In this document: positions 35,437-46,947 of the stretch, piece after piece
Position numbering within the stretch: the first letter of the stretch is position 1
How the letters are laid out: each line of letters opens with the position of its first letter
Origin: Minutocellus sp. GHC0000111
Taxonomy: Eukaryota
Reading direction: 5' to 3'
NCBI GenBank assembly: GCA_977018835.1
Contig: OZ361256.1
Span: 4,650,001 to 4,714,000, forward strand
DNA length: 64,000 bases
The notes under the pieces: model-generated
Seen by the model: the letters and a program-made list of their open reading frames with translations, nothing else
Database searches by the model: none
Told to the model about the DNA's origin: nothing
Translations under genes and position numbers: made by a program

Positions 35437-35833
35437 ACAAGTGAGACCAAAGATCTGAAGCCACCGACCTAATGTTTATGTTATGATTACATGTTAATCA
35501 AGTCCAAAATTGGCACTAAGCTTAGAGAAATTCACATGATGTAGTAGATTTTTCCACGGAGGGTCAGGGTTTATGATCACCGTGCAAACGCAACATTCAT
35601 TTTGCTGGTATTTGTAACCCATTGTATTCTCACACAAAGATAAGGAAAACCAAAACTGTAAGTTTTGTCGTCTGAAAGGTCAAAATTACCAACGCGACGA
35701 TAGTTTGGGCCCATGCGCGTCCATTCACTGCACCAGTACCATATTCCCACCTACACAAGACATGAGGTGGCTCATTGATGAAAGTTTCGCGGGGCTACTG
35801 CAACGATTGGTGGTTCCGTGAGCGTCGCAATGT

Positions 35834-36074
35834 TTCGTGGAGGTCGACGCCAGATTTCGCGGGGTGATGATTCGAAATACCAATGATGGTACTGGACGAG
35901 AATGAATTACAACTACTCAATGGGAAGGGCATCATTCAACGGTCTTCAACATACCTGAGCGACCTCTATGCTCATGGAAGGTCCTTCGTACCGGTATGGA
36001 AAGTTATAGAGGCAAATCGACGTGAAAATTCGACGATTTTATCGTGGATCGCGGTGGTCGTCGACCTCCACGAA
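35834..36074. repeat. 16-bp perfect inverted repeat pair enclosing 241 bp (possible small TE relic)
   Basis: ttcgtggaggtcgacg at 35834-35849 and cgtcgacctccacgaa at 36059-36074. Confidence 0.55.
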
Positions 36075-38184
36075 GAGTCAGGGCTTTAACTCAACAAATA
36101 ATCACGAACTCACTAACACTCGCATAGCGCCACATCGGGATATGTACCTAGTGGGATTCTATGGGCAGTAGTTGTAGTAGAATGGCTTACTTGGCTATTT
36201 CTAGAAGTTACGAACATCTGAGAGTTAGATCGGGGCCGGCGGGAGCCCCGTCACAACTGCTACAGATGATTGCGACTACTGTGCTTCATAAAGTGAACAA
36301 GTTTAGATCACCAACAAAAAATACCTTCTTATGGACAAACATACTGGAACTAAAACGGATAGAATACTCTTGATTTCGTCGGCATTCCGATCTATCATCG
36401 TCCTCTCTCGAGGTATCAAGTACGAAACCTCTTACAGAGAATTTCCCAATCCAAAATCACTTATGAATCTCAGAACAGCATTGGATGCTGCTCCGAAGAA
36501 CAAAGAATGACAAAGGGCCCGATTTTCCCCATTGGGGTTTTAGGGGGCATTGACACAATGAATGAATAAAATGAACCGGTATGGTTTCGCCCTTCCTGAG
36601 GGGAAGCTAAACCGGGGGTTATCCACCATTTTGGTCGGGGCAATTTACCCCTTCCTTCTCCTTCCTGTGTGTTGGAGTATCGCACCGAATGGTAGCGGAT
36701 TGTGAGTGTGAAACCTTAGCTTAAGCTAAAACTACGTTTTCCATATCATCGTCCTCTCTCAGCAAGGTTGACCTCCGGCAACTTTGATGCAGGCCCCCAA
36801 AACTGTGAATGCAATCAATAAATTTACACCCATGACTCGCAGCAACCCGATCAAACTCACCAAATACCAAAACCTATGCATTACCAGGAGGCATTCGCAT
36901 GGGGCTGATTTCGAATTTCCATGCATGGGGCGAATGATATCAATTCTACACCTGTGGTTCAAGGCGCCTCTGCTTCCAGCCAGTTTCATCCAGACATTCC
37001 ACATTCGCCAAGAAGATATGTTACCGACCCCTTTTTTTTACCACCAGGCAATTTCCAACCTCCTCATATATGAAGCTTTCTACGTTAACCGATAGAGTCA
37101 CCAGATCGACATTGTCGGTACCGGTAGGTCCAATCGGGAGGCAAAATTCAACCTACAAGAACGCAAAATTTTACTGCATCGACGACCATGAGCGAAATTG
37201 ACATGATTTTCCAATGCAGACTGCTTTGGCACCACCATCTATATCCTTAGGATGTCTCCAAAGCAAAAAATCGGCAGTTGGGTTGATTTTCAAGCCAACG
37301 AACTACCTCCAACCCCAACTGGTACAAACCTCCCAGAACCTGCCCCGTAGCGAACCATTGGCGCGGAGTGAGGGCACCAAAACATGTTGTGGAGGCCTAT
37401 GCAACGAGCCAAAACAATTCATACGCACACTGACAGGCAAGCAAGACTCTTCGATAGGTCCCGACGGTATATTACCTCATTCTCCACGATCCGGCTCCTG
37501 GTGTGGTGGGGCCCACGTCGAGAAATTCGACGTCGGGTCGAGTCGAGTTCGTGGCGAACAAATAAATGCACGAGAATGCAGACGTGGGACCAAAAAATGC
37601 TATCTATGTGCATACATGGCCATGTGGTCCCATCCAGTCGCTCTCAATGGCGATGCAACCGTCTCAAATCACCATCATCCACCACCAGGAGGGGCCGGTC
37701 GAAAGACGTGATGGGAGGAATTTCCAGTTTTAGATTTCGCGAAAAAGACGCAAGAAAGTAACACGATTTGGCCAATCAAAAGGCATCAAATGCTAGTCAA
37801 TGGTGTTGCCAAACATTTTAAATGAATCATTCGATAGACCAAATCTCTAGCGGCCGCCATGCTATTCCGCTCTGCGCAGGCAGCAGCAGATTCTTACCAG
37901 TTTGCCTAACCACAGTCTGTGCCACCAGCAAGTCAAGTTCTACATTAATTTCCGGGTTACAATAACAGAGCGCTTTTTACGCCGTGAAGCGCGCCGGCAT
38001 TGCCGCCATCGCAAAACAAAAAGTAAACGGTCGCAGCTTGTTGGACCTTGTTGGACGAACCGGCACACATCGTTGCTTACTTTGTTCGTTACCGTGGGAC
38101 GCATCCGTTTCCTCTGTATTTGCTTGTATTGGTTGCTACTGGTTGGAGATTGACTCATAGTCCAGTTCAAAACTGCTGATCACA

Positions 38185-41100
38185 ATGGCTAGATTTGCAC
38201 CTGCTCTGGCCTCGTGGCTCTTCGCGGCCGCGAGCCTTACGATTTCAGTTGGCCATCATGGCGTAGATGCCATCGAAGTCGGCGACGTCGATCCCAGCAC
38301 CGAAAATCAACAACCTCTCGGAACCGACAGCATTGTCTCCATCGAACCGAATGTAGCAACAGCATCCGCCGGTACTGTCGCCAGCATCGATGGCTCTGAC
38401 TCCTGGTCCTGGCCCGATGCCATCGTCAAGGCCACTGCAAAGGAGCCGATCACCCAGTGGAAGGAATATCTCTTCAAGGACCCCTTCGGCGAAAGCACCG
38501 ACGGCGGGCCGACTTCCGCCATCTTTCCCACCCAAACTGTCAGCCCGGACAGTCTCAACTGGCATGCCGATTCTGGCGCCGGCGGCATCCGAGGAACCTG
38601 GTCGCCGTCCATCACCTGCCCGTATGGCGGTGCCATGCAGGTCGAAAATTTTGGACAAGAGCAATGCATCGGCGTCGGACAGGGCATCTGCAAGGATGGA
38701 TGGCAGTTTGGCATCAGACATCATATTGATAAGACGTATCTGATGCTTTGGAGGGAGGACCAGCCTGCCTATCCCGTCTATCGGTGGTTCCCCGGCGCTA
38801 CAAGTCTCTGCATCGGCGAGCGGTATCCCAACGTGGCATATCTTCGTGTCGTTTATGAAGATTGCCTGTATTATCTCATCGGCCCAGGTGCTGGAAGTGA
38901 TTCGAACCTTGCCCGTCTCAAGATTGTCGCCGATACGCAGAATTACAGACCCAGCGACGTCATTGTCAAGTTCCGAGACGGTCCTGGCGATCAGAATGCT
39001 CTGTGGCAGATCTTTGCCAATGGTTTTTCTCAGACGAGCCCTGACGCGCTCTGGTATCCCATCCCATGCGACACCGAAAGCCCAAGCTCCAGTCCAACAG
39101 ATGTGCCGTCGAGCAGCCCCAGCGCAAGTCCAACAGATGTGCCGTCGAGCAGCCCTAGCGCGAGCCCGAGTGCGTCGCCCTCGGCGAGTCCCACTGGACA
39201 TCCGAGCTCGTCGCCCACGAGCGCTCCAAGCGCAGTGCCCTCGAGCAGTCCTTCTGTAATTCCCAGCGACTCTCCCACGAGCGCTCCAAGCGCATCGCCT
39301 TCGAGTATCCCGACATCCGAGCCCTCCTCATCGCCGAGCGCATCTCCGTCGAATGTTCCCACGACATCTTCAGCGCCAAGCTCATCGCCCTCGGACCTTC
39401 CCAGCTTGGAGCCTTCTGCGTCACCATCGGTTGTGCCTAGTCTTAGTCCCACCTCCAGCCCAAGTTTGACTCCTTCTGGAGAGCCGTCAGATATTCCCAG
39501 CCTGTCTCCATCGGCCGACCCGAGCCAGGCACCCTCGTCCAACCCGACTGTTTCGTCGGAACCTTCGGCAGGTCCCACCATTTCGTCGATGCCGAGCATT
39601 TCATCAGAGCCATCCGGATCTCCATCGAGCACGCCCAGGTGAGACTCATATATATATATAGTGGATATTTTCAAGTTTCAGTTCATTTGTTTGTCATGCT
39701 CTGCTCCTACTCATAGCATACTCTCCCGACCGAAAGATGCCAAACAATAAATGAGATCTTTCAGATATGTTTGTGGACAAATTGGAATCGTTCTGAGCAG
39801 TCTCTTATACATTTCCTGAATATTTATTCTCAAAATCATGCACACGCAATGGACCCTTACGACCCTATTCTCTTTCTCTGATCAAAATTCGTTATTGCCT
39901 CCTACATGTAGTCTCACTCCATCGTCGAGCCCCAGCTTGGCACCATCGTCATCTCCGTCGGATTCGCCAAGCGCTCTCCCCTCGACTAGCCCAAGCCAGG
40001 CACCCTCTTCTAATCCGACTGTATCGTCGGAACCATCAGCAGGGCCAACCATATCGTCCATGCCGAGCATTTCATCGGAACCTTCGAGTGAACCCAGCAC
40101 TGCTCCTTCTTCCATGCCAAGTGTTTCGTCTGCACCCTCCACGCTTCCCAGCTCGGAACCATCGTCAGATCCGTCCAGCGAGCCTTCCAATATACCATCA
40201 TTGGAGCCGTCGGCCACGCCAAGTATCTCACTGGCACCTTCGGCCGGACCTTCCCAACGCCCAAGCCAATCTCCCAGTGTTCAACCATCTGACATCCCAT
40301 CGACTTCTCCATCTGACGTGCCCTCCGATATCCCAAGCGAAATGCCGTCCGTTTCGGCCATGCCCAGCATGTCAAGTGAGCCATCATCGGTGCCTTCTAG
40401 TGCACCCTCCTCCACGCCGAGCCTGTCGAATGCGCCATCGGCTACGAGCAGCCCCAGCGCAAGTCCAACAGATGTGCCGTCGAGCAGCCCTAGCGCGAGC
40501 CCGAGTGCGTCGCCCTCGGCGAGTCCCACTGGACATCCGAGCTCGTCGCCCACGAGCGCTCCAAGCGCAGTGCCCTCGAGCAGTCCTTCTGTAATTCCCA
40601 GCGACTCTCCCACGAGCGCTCCAAGCGCATCGCCTTCGAGTATCCCGACATCCGAGCCCTCCTCATCGCCGAGCGCATCTCCATCGAATGTTCCCACGAC
40701 ATCTTCAGCGCCAAGCTCATCGCCCTCGGACCTTCCCAGCTTGGAGCCTTCTGCGTCACCATCGGTTGTGCCTAGTCTTAGTCCCACCTCCAGCCCAAGT
40801 TTGACTCCTTCTGGAGAGCCGTCAGATATTCCCAGCCTGTCTCCATCGGCCGACCCGAGCCAGGCACCGAATGCGCCATCGGCTATACCCTCCGAAAGTC
40901 CGAGCCTTGCTCCGAGCTCGACGCCATCGGGCGTCCCATCTAGCCAGCCAACAATGTCGTCCATGCCCAGTTCTTCGCCGGCACCTTCGGCCGTGCCGAG
41001 TTTGTCGAGTGCTCCTTCGGAAAGTCTTAGCCCAAGTTCAGTGCCATCCGTTCCTCCCAGTGGGCAACCATCGGTATCTTCGATGCCCAGCTTGACCTGT

Positions 41101-41295
41101 AACCCAATGCAGATTGGCATGGGCATGGGTGGATGCGCAAATATTGACTTTTGTTGCGGCAACGGTGTGTGTGCAATGAATGCAAATGACTGCGAAGGAA
41201 GCATCTGCGGCAATTGCATGGGCGATGTCTGCTGCCCAGCCGGTTCTGATAATGCTGGGCAGTGCCTCTCTTCGCTTTCGGATTGCTATATGTAA
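38185..41295 (+). CDS. Secreted modular Ser/Pro-stalk protein, family copy 2 (apparently intact); intron 39639-39911; short Cys-rich C-terminal module
   Basis: Signal peptide and head domain; AG|gtgag...tag|T splicing gives the in-frame STPSLTPS; ends CNPMQ...CANIDFCCGNGVC..C...CGNCMGDVCC......CL....C. Confidence 0.85.
39111..40868 (+). repeat. ~420-bp near-perfect direct repeat in the stalk of copy 2 (39111-39533 and 40446-40868)
   Basis: Both copies run gagcagccccagcgcaagtccaacagatg...cgagccaggcacc; only one mismatch noticed (tctccgtcg vs tctccatcg). Confidence 0.92.
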
Positions 41296-41743
41296 GAAAA
41301 TATTCCCTCATCACATCGCTACAGGTAGCAGCGCCGTGTTTCTGTTGGGCAGATTGGTGCGCAACTTTTCATCTTTCTTTTCAGTCACAACCAACCGATG
41401 GGTTGAGCCGAGCCAAAGAGCCATATTTTGAAGGACTATGCAGTGTGCTTGATCCCTTTTATGTTCAAGAATTATTACATGTATTTCATCAAGACCATTT
41501 TTTAGAGAAAAGAGATATCCCGGCACGTCGTTCAGTAAGCAAGCACCATTTTAAAGAGGGTGTCCCCATGTGACGTCCCCGCTGTGCCGGTAATCTCGCA
41601 ACGTCGTGAAAATGTAATCCAAATAAAAACTTTGCTTTTTAGTATCATGTGAAATGTACACGTACTTGAGAAGTTTGGAGTTATCTGCTCGGAAAAGCAA
41701 ATCGTGCCGTCAGCCGCCATGCATGCGCCGGTTGACGCACAGC

Positions 41744-41761
41744 CGCGCGCTTTTTACGCGC
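41744..41761 (+). promoter_or_regulatory. Conserved upstream motif CGCGCGCTTTTTACGCGC of the secreted family
   Basis: Identical 18-mer at 47843-47860; variant GAGCGCTTTTTACGCC at 37968-37983; inverted partial GGCGCGTAAAGC at ~31504-31515. Each lies about 90-260 bp upstream of a family ATG. Confidence 0.55.
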
Positions 41762-42000
41762 CATGACGCTCTCTTCAGCCGTTGGACGTTACTTTGACGG
41801 TCAGACATGGCACAGACGCCGATCTTTCTTCTGCCAGCTTACTTGCTTGTATTGGTTTGAAGTATCGCCACATCTGAATTTGCTTATTTTTGCTGGTTTG
41901 AAGATCAACCGCCATCTTTGATGGCTCGCCGTTGGTCCTTGGATCGGCGGTTCGCCACCGCTGCTGCTGGGCCACGAAAGATGTATTATTTTCTGTCATC

Positions 42001-43737
42001 ATGGTCCGATACGGAGCTGCTGCTGCTACCTCCTCGTGGCTTCTTGCCGCCGTGAGTCTAGCGCTCGCCTCAACTTCTAGCCAGCATGGCGCCTGGGCTA
42101 TCGATGTCGATGCCAGCAACGGCGAGGATCTCGTCGGCAGTGACATGACCGGCGATGGCGTCGTTTCCATCGATCCAAACAACAATTCCGGCACTGATGG
42201 CTCTGTGTGGTCGTTTCCAGAAGCCATCGTCAAGGCGACTGGTCAGGAGCCGATCACAGAGTGGAAGGAATATCTTTCGAAGGATCCCTTTGGTGAGCAA
42301 GCAAGCGCCCCTGCCGCGAATGCGCCTGGTTCAATTTATCCCAACAGGCCATTGTCCAGACCGGGGCTCAACTGGGGCGGAATCCGCGGAAAATGGACGT
42401 TTCCCATGGGAACATGTCCCTACGGCGGATCCTTGGACGTCGACTCCTACGGCAAGGACAAGTGCCTCAGCGTCGGGCAGGCAATCTGCAAGGATGGATG
42501 GCGGTTTGGTATCCGGCATCACGTTGACAACACGTATCTGTTGCTCTGGCGTGAGGACGACCCGGCCAATCCTGTTTACAAGTGGTTCATAGGCGCTACA
42601 AGTCTGTGCATCGGCGAGCGGTATCCCAACGTGGCATACATGCAAATTATATACAACGGAGGCGAGCACTACTATCTGATCGGCCCCGGCGCTGGCAGTG
42701 CTGACGACCTTGTCCGGCTCAAGATTGTGCCCGATACGCAGAACTACAAGCCCAACGACGTCATTGTCAAATTCGTTGATGGTCCTGGCGATCAGAATGC
42801 TCTGTGGCAGATCTTTGCGAACGGATTCTCCCAAACGAGTCCATTTGCTCTCTGGTATCCCATCCCCTTTGCATCCGACAGTCCCAGCGCAAGCCCGAGC
42901 GTTTCACCCACCATTTCGTTCGAGCCCTCGGAGAGTCCTTCCGACATGCCCTCGAGCAGTCCCAGTGCATCACCATCGACGAGCCCGAGTGCCAGCCCGA
43001 GCGCATTGCCTTCAAGCAGTCCTAGTTCGATGCCATCTTCCTCTCCCTCGGACCAGCCCAGCGTAAGTCCTAGCTCTTCACCTTCTTCTCTTCCGAGCGT
43101 ATCTCCCAGCGTGAACCCATCGGCACCTCCTACCGTGTCGTCTATGCCATCAGTTTTCTTTATGCCCAGTAGTGAGCCATCTATGTCGCCCTCCTCGCTA
43201 CCTTCGACATCACCTTCTGACGTCCCCAGCACTTTGCCAAGTGTGGCGCCCAGCAGCGTGCCCTCCTCTTCGCCATCGGCCAGTCCAAGTTCGGAGCCAT
43301 CTTCGTCGCCATCTGACATCCCCTCAACGCTGCTGAGCGTTCAACCCTCCAGTGTTCCATCATCTAGTCCGAGTATTTCGCCGTCCGATTCGCCCAGCTC
43401 TTCCCCGAGTTTGGCACCTAGCAGCGAGCCTTCACAGGCGCCGTCTGATGTACCAAGCTCTTCACCGAGTATTTCGCCGTCCGATTCGCCCAGCTCTTCC
43501 CCGAGTTTGGCACCTAGCAGCGAGCCTTCACAGGCGCCGTCTGATGTACCAAGCTCTTCACCGAGCAGTCAACCCTCGAGCATTCCATCATCTAGCCCGA
43601 GCCTGGCTCCCTCGTCGTCACCATCTACCTCTCCGTCCGATGTCCCATCTCTCACGCCTTCTACGTCGCCATCTGATGTTTCGTCACTCACGCCGTCGAG
43701 TACTCCTTCAAAAGTGCCGACAGCAGCATCCTTCTAA
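42001..43737 (+). CDS. Secreted modular Ser/Pro-stalk protein, family copy 3; stops with no C-terminal module
   Basis: MVRYGAAAATSSWLLAAV signal, head domain and stalk with a 96-bp tandem duplication (43369-43560); ends PTAASF*. Confidence 0.82.
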   Translation: MVRYGAAAATSSWLLAAVSLALASTSSQHGAWAIDVDASNGEDLVGSDMTGDGVVSIDPNNNSGTDGSVWSFPEAIVKATGQEPITEWKEYLSKDPFGEQASAPAANAPGSIYPNRPLSRPGLNWGGIRGKWTFPMGTCPYGGSLDVDSYGKDKCLSVGQAICKDGWRFGIRHHVDNTYLLLWREDDPANPVYKWFIGATSLCIGERYPNVAYMQIIYNGGEHYYLIGPGAGSADDLVRLKIVPDTQNYKPNDVIVKFVDGPGDQNALWQIFANGFSQTSPFALWYPIPFASDSPSASPSVSPTISFEPSESPSDMPSSSPSASPSTSPSASPSALPSSSPSSMPSSSPSDQPSVSPSSSPSSLPSVSPSVNPSAPPTVSSMPSVFFMPSSEPSMSPSSLPSTSPSDVPSTLPSVAPSSVPSSSPSASPSSEPSSSPSDIPSTLLSVQPSSVPSSSPSISPSDSPSSSPSLAPSSEPSQAPSDVPSSSPSISPSDSPSSSPSLAPSSEPSQAPSDVPSSSPSSQPSSIPSSSPSLAPSSSPSTSPSDVPSLTPSTSPSDVSSLTPSSTPSKVPTAASF

Positions 43738-43829
43738 TGTCCTTACCCATATTTGTAAAGGTTATTGTAGCCTAATGAAAAAAGTATCGTTTATATATAT
43801 TTATAGATTTGTAATATATATATATATAT

Positions 43830-44577
43830 GTTAGTCCCAAAATGCGCACTGTCCCAGTTCGCGAACTGGGATCCCAGTTTGCGAACTGAGATTCATTTAT
43901 CCCAGTTTGCGCACTGGGCCCCAGTTCCCAAACTAGCATCTCAGTTTGCGCACTGATACTACCAGAATGGAAACTGAGATAAACACGCCAATCCGAATTT
44001 GGGAACCAGACGAGTTCGCGAACTGGAACAAAAATGAATACCAGTTTGGAAACTGGCATTCTCGGCAAGTGTCAGAATGGTAACTGCCGGTGTTGGCTCA
44101 TGCACAATGATTATGTACTGGTAGATCTATCTACAATACAAGTTGCACTGTGCATCATATCTTGAATTTGCAAGCTACATGTACTGGTACAGTAGCAACA
44201 TGATGCCGGCATAGCACAGATGCATGTACAGTTCATGACTTATATTTGCCAGAAGCAGCTAGCTAGATATTATTATTTATTCACTATATGTATTTAGTAT
44301 CAGCTAATGCCAATTTATTGAGTATCAGCTCCGGCACTAATGTCGTCTGGACGTCTGGACCAGGTTTGGGCTGTTTTGCTTCACTATGAAAAAATGAAGC
44401 GAGGAGAAGCAAAGGCGATATCATCCATGCTAAATATTCATTATTTCTCGATTGATCCCAGTTCGCAAACTGAGATTGTGCCTATGATCCCAGTTTCCAA
44501 ACTGGGATAAATAAATCCTAGTTCGCAAACTGGGATCCCAGTTCGCGAACTGGGACAGTGCGCATTTTGGGACTAAC
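43830..44577. mobile_element. Non-autonomous TIR element (MITE) inserted in a (TA)n microsatellite, with subterminal palindromic repeats
   Basis: Left end gttagtcccaaaatgcgcactgtcccagttcgcgaactgggatcccagtttgcgaact is the exact reverse complement of the right end (58 bp); (TA)n on both flanks; repeated CCCAGTT(N4)AACTGGG units; no ORF. Confidence 0.92.
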
Positions 44578-45621
44578 ATATATATATATATGTAGGTCTG
44601 TTCGTCGTTGGTAGTTCGCTGGGATTTGACCGTTGGTCTTTGTAGCAACGATCACCTAACTCGCCTACTAGTGACATCCTTTGCTGATTTGTAATGAGCC
44701 AACGCGAGATGCTTGGTCGATTGGTCCTCCATGCCATGAGAGCAGAGTTCACTGTTGTGCTCTCATGGGGATGGTTCTGTTAAATATGTTTGTCTTTTAG
44801 TTTTGCTTTTTGTGTGTTTCTGTTATGTGAATCCCTTGTGATTCAATGACATCGTCCAAAATTGACTAGTCGAACGACTGTTTGCGGTGAGATGTCGGTA
44901 AAACCTGCTGGGTCTCGAAGTTCTTCTTTTTCTGTTTGATTGTACCACGTCGTCTCATGGATTGCGAACATGTTGCGTTCGTCATCATCGTCGTCCTGGT
45001 CATAGCTTCCGGTGCTGATGCGGCACACGTGCAACCGGCCTTCTTTCACGACAATTCCGCTCTACTGGGGCACTGGAGCTCCAGTCATTGGTCCTAATGG
45101 GCCTTCGACTGTCATCGTGGTGTTACGGATAGGGCTAATTTTGGGATCTATGGACATAGATTTGGGATCTGAGGTTATCGACACCTATGTCAAGACCCTA
45201 GAGGAGGACTATGTGGTTTTGCTAGGGGAACAGGTTGGCGAATGCGCTCCGAGAGGCCTAGTTTCTTGCATGAGGTCGCAAGTATACGAAAGCCAACACT
45301 GATGCAGGTGACGGCTACATGTTCTATGAATGTGGCTCTCTTTGGATTTTGTTCAAATATATTTATTTAAGCTATTACCTACATGTAGCGGGACGACACC
45401 ACCAGTCTTCTAGAAATTTCTAGTTTTTCTTTTGCGTTGTCAAAAAAAAATATGTGGAAAGTCTCGTACACAAAAAGAAATCTTTTTTCGTGTTCACTTG
45501 AACTTTTGCTTGAAGTTCCTCCTTCTCCCGGCAACCTGTTCCCGATCCCAGCACAACCAGCCAGAACGGCCAGAAACATGATGAACAAGCCCAAGCCCAT
45601 TGATACAGTATACGCGCAAGC

Positions 45622-46365
45622 ATGAAGGATAGCTCTCCAGCTCTGACCCGTAGATGCAGCAGAGAGCTCCAAAGTCTTCTCGCTACTACTTCCTCCCCAA
45701 TGATGGCTTCAGCATCGATGCCTGCCCTCGACAGTGCACGAAGCCTGACGAAACGATCATCCTCCGGAAAGTTGGCTCGCAGGGCCTATTCGTCCAAATG
45801 GTCATCAGACAAAGGTGTAAAATATCGTAGAAGGCGATCATCTGATAAGCTGCCTGGTCCCAACGCTGAGTTTGACACCTTTGGTGACTCATCTGTTTCC
45901 GGCACGACCACCTCGTCACTCTTGATCGAGAAGGTGGAAAAAGCAATCACCGGGAACAGCACGAAACCAGAACCAAAAAGGTCAGAGGAAGAAAATCCGC
46001 AGCCACCCACGGAACCACCACGCTTAACGACGCCACCACCACCACTACCATCATCAGCTGCAAGAAGTAATGTTCCCGACGACGCTTCCTCCACCATCAC
46101 GCCCCAGCAACCGAAGACTTCCCAACTCCCCCAAAACAATGAACACCAAGTAGCGAAGGCAAATATAAAATACAACGAGGCTGGACGCGCAGCCGTCCTC
46201 GCCGTCTGCGAGACCTTGCACCACGACTTTGGTCAGCTCAACAACATCATCAATGTAACGCTTCCGACCAGCGAGCTGGAACGTCTGGCCGAGAATCCGG
46301 ACGTCGCCTGGATCGACCGGAGCGGCGTGGTATATTTCATGCAACCGTACCGATCAGCGAAATAG
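45622..46365 (+). CDS. Hypothetical protein: disordered N-terminus plus C-terminal subtilisin-propeptide (inhibitor I9)-like domain
   Basis: IKYNEAGRAAVLAVCETLHHDFGQLNNIINVTLPTSELERLAENPDVAWID..GVVY fits the I9 pattern (L..L..NPDV..I[DE]). Confidence 0.55.
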   Translation: MKDSSPALTRRCSRELQSLLATTSSPMMASASMPALDSARSLTKRSSSGKLARRAYSSKWSSDKGVKYRRRRSSDKLPGPNAEFDTFGDSSVSGTTTSSLLIEKVEKAITGNSTKPEPKRSEEENPQPPTEPPRLTTPPPPLPSSAARSNVPDDASSTITPQQPKTSQLPQNNEHQVAKANIKYNEAGRAAVLAVCETLHHDFGQLNNIINVTLPTSELERLAENPDVAWIDRSGVVYFMQPYRSAK

Positions 46366-46456
46366 AAAAGTGACAAAATAAACGAATACGTCGTAGAAGC
46401 AGAACTATACATTACTTTGTTCATTATTAGTCAGAATAGACCACGAGGTTTTGCTC

Positions 46457-46900
46457 TCAAACAGAAATCAAGGTTGCGATTGGCGCGCAAGTAATATCCT
46501 TGATAGAGAGACCAAAGTTGGGAGTCTCTCTGGAAAAGCTAAGCACATTTGTGCCGGGGGATAGATGTATCGTGACGGGATCCGTCCATTGCCACTCGCC
46601 GACAGTGTATGGAACAACAATGGATAAAACGTCAACAACATCGTCGCCTTCCACCATGCCGCCAGTGTTGCTACCTGTACTCCCTCCAACGCTCACAGTC
46701 AAGAGCAATGGTTGCTTGCTGTTTGAGGTGAACGTTGCACAGCCTCAAAAAGATAGAGCGTGCTCACCAGTCCGGTCTCCCGGTAGATCAGCAATAGTGT
46801 ATTCAAAGGCGTCTCCTTCGGTATGATGCAGCAGGCTACCCCCCAGAAAACTCGGAGTAAATTGAACATGCGCAGTGCTCTGCCGTGGTTCGCTACAGCT
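46457..46900 (-). pseudogene. 3' gene fragment encoding a beta-sandwich (CBM-like) domain, cut off next to the MITE
   Basis: PLLLTVSV...IVVPYTVGEWQWTDPVTIHLSPGTNVLSFSR...GLSIKDI; upstream EGDAFEYTI lies in another frame; no start. Confidence 0.4.
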
Positions 46901-46947
46901 AGCACGTCGCTGGCATCATGATGATCTTACCGTCGTCGGGGGTCCTT

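Noticed and set aside
39030..41219. Minus-strand Gly/Asp/Glu/Leu-rich ORFs
   Set aside because: Antisense of the Ser/Pro stalk codons.
43850..44560. Spaced palindromic repeats resembling a CRISPR array or REP elements
   Set aside because: Irregular, short spacing, confined inside TIRs, eukaryotic context and no cas genes.
44843..45300. Short ORFs downstream of the MITE
   Set aside because: Under 100 aa and motif-free; at most gene debris.
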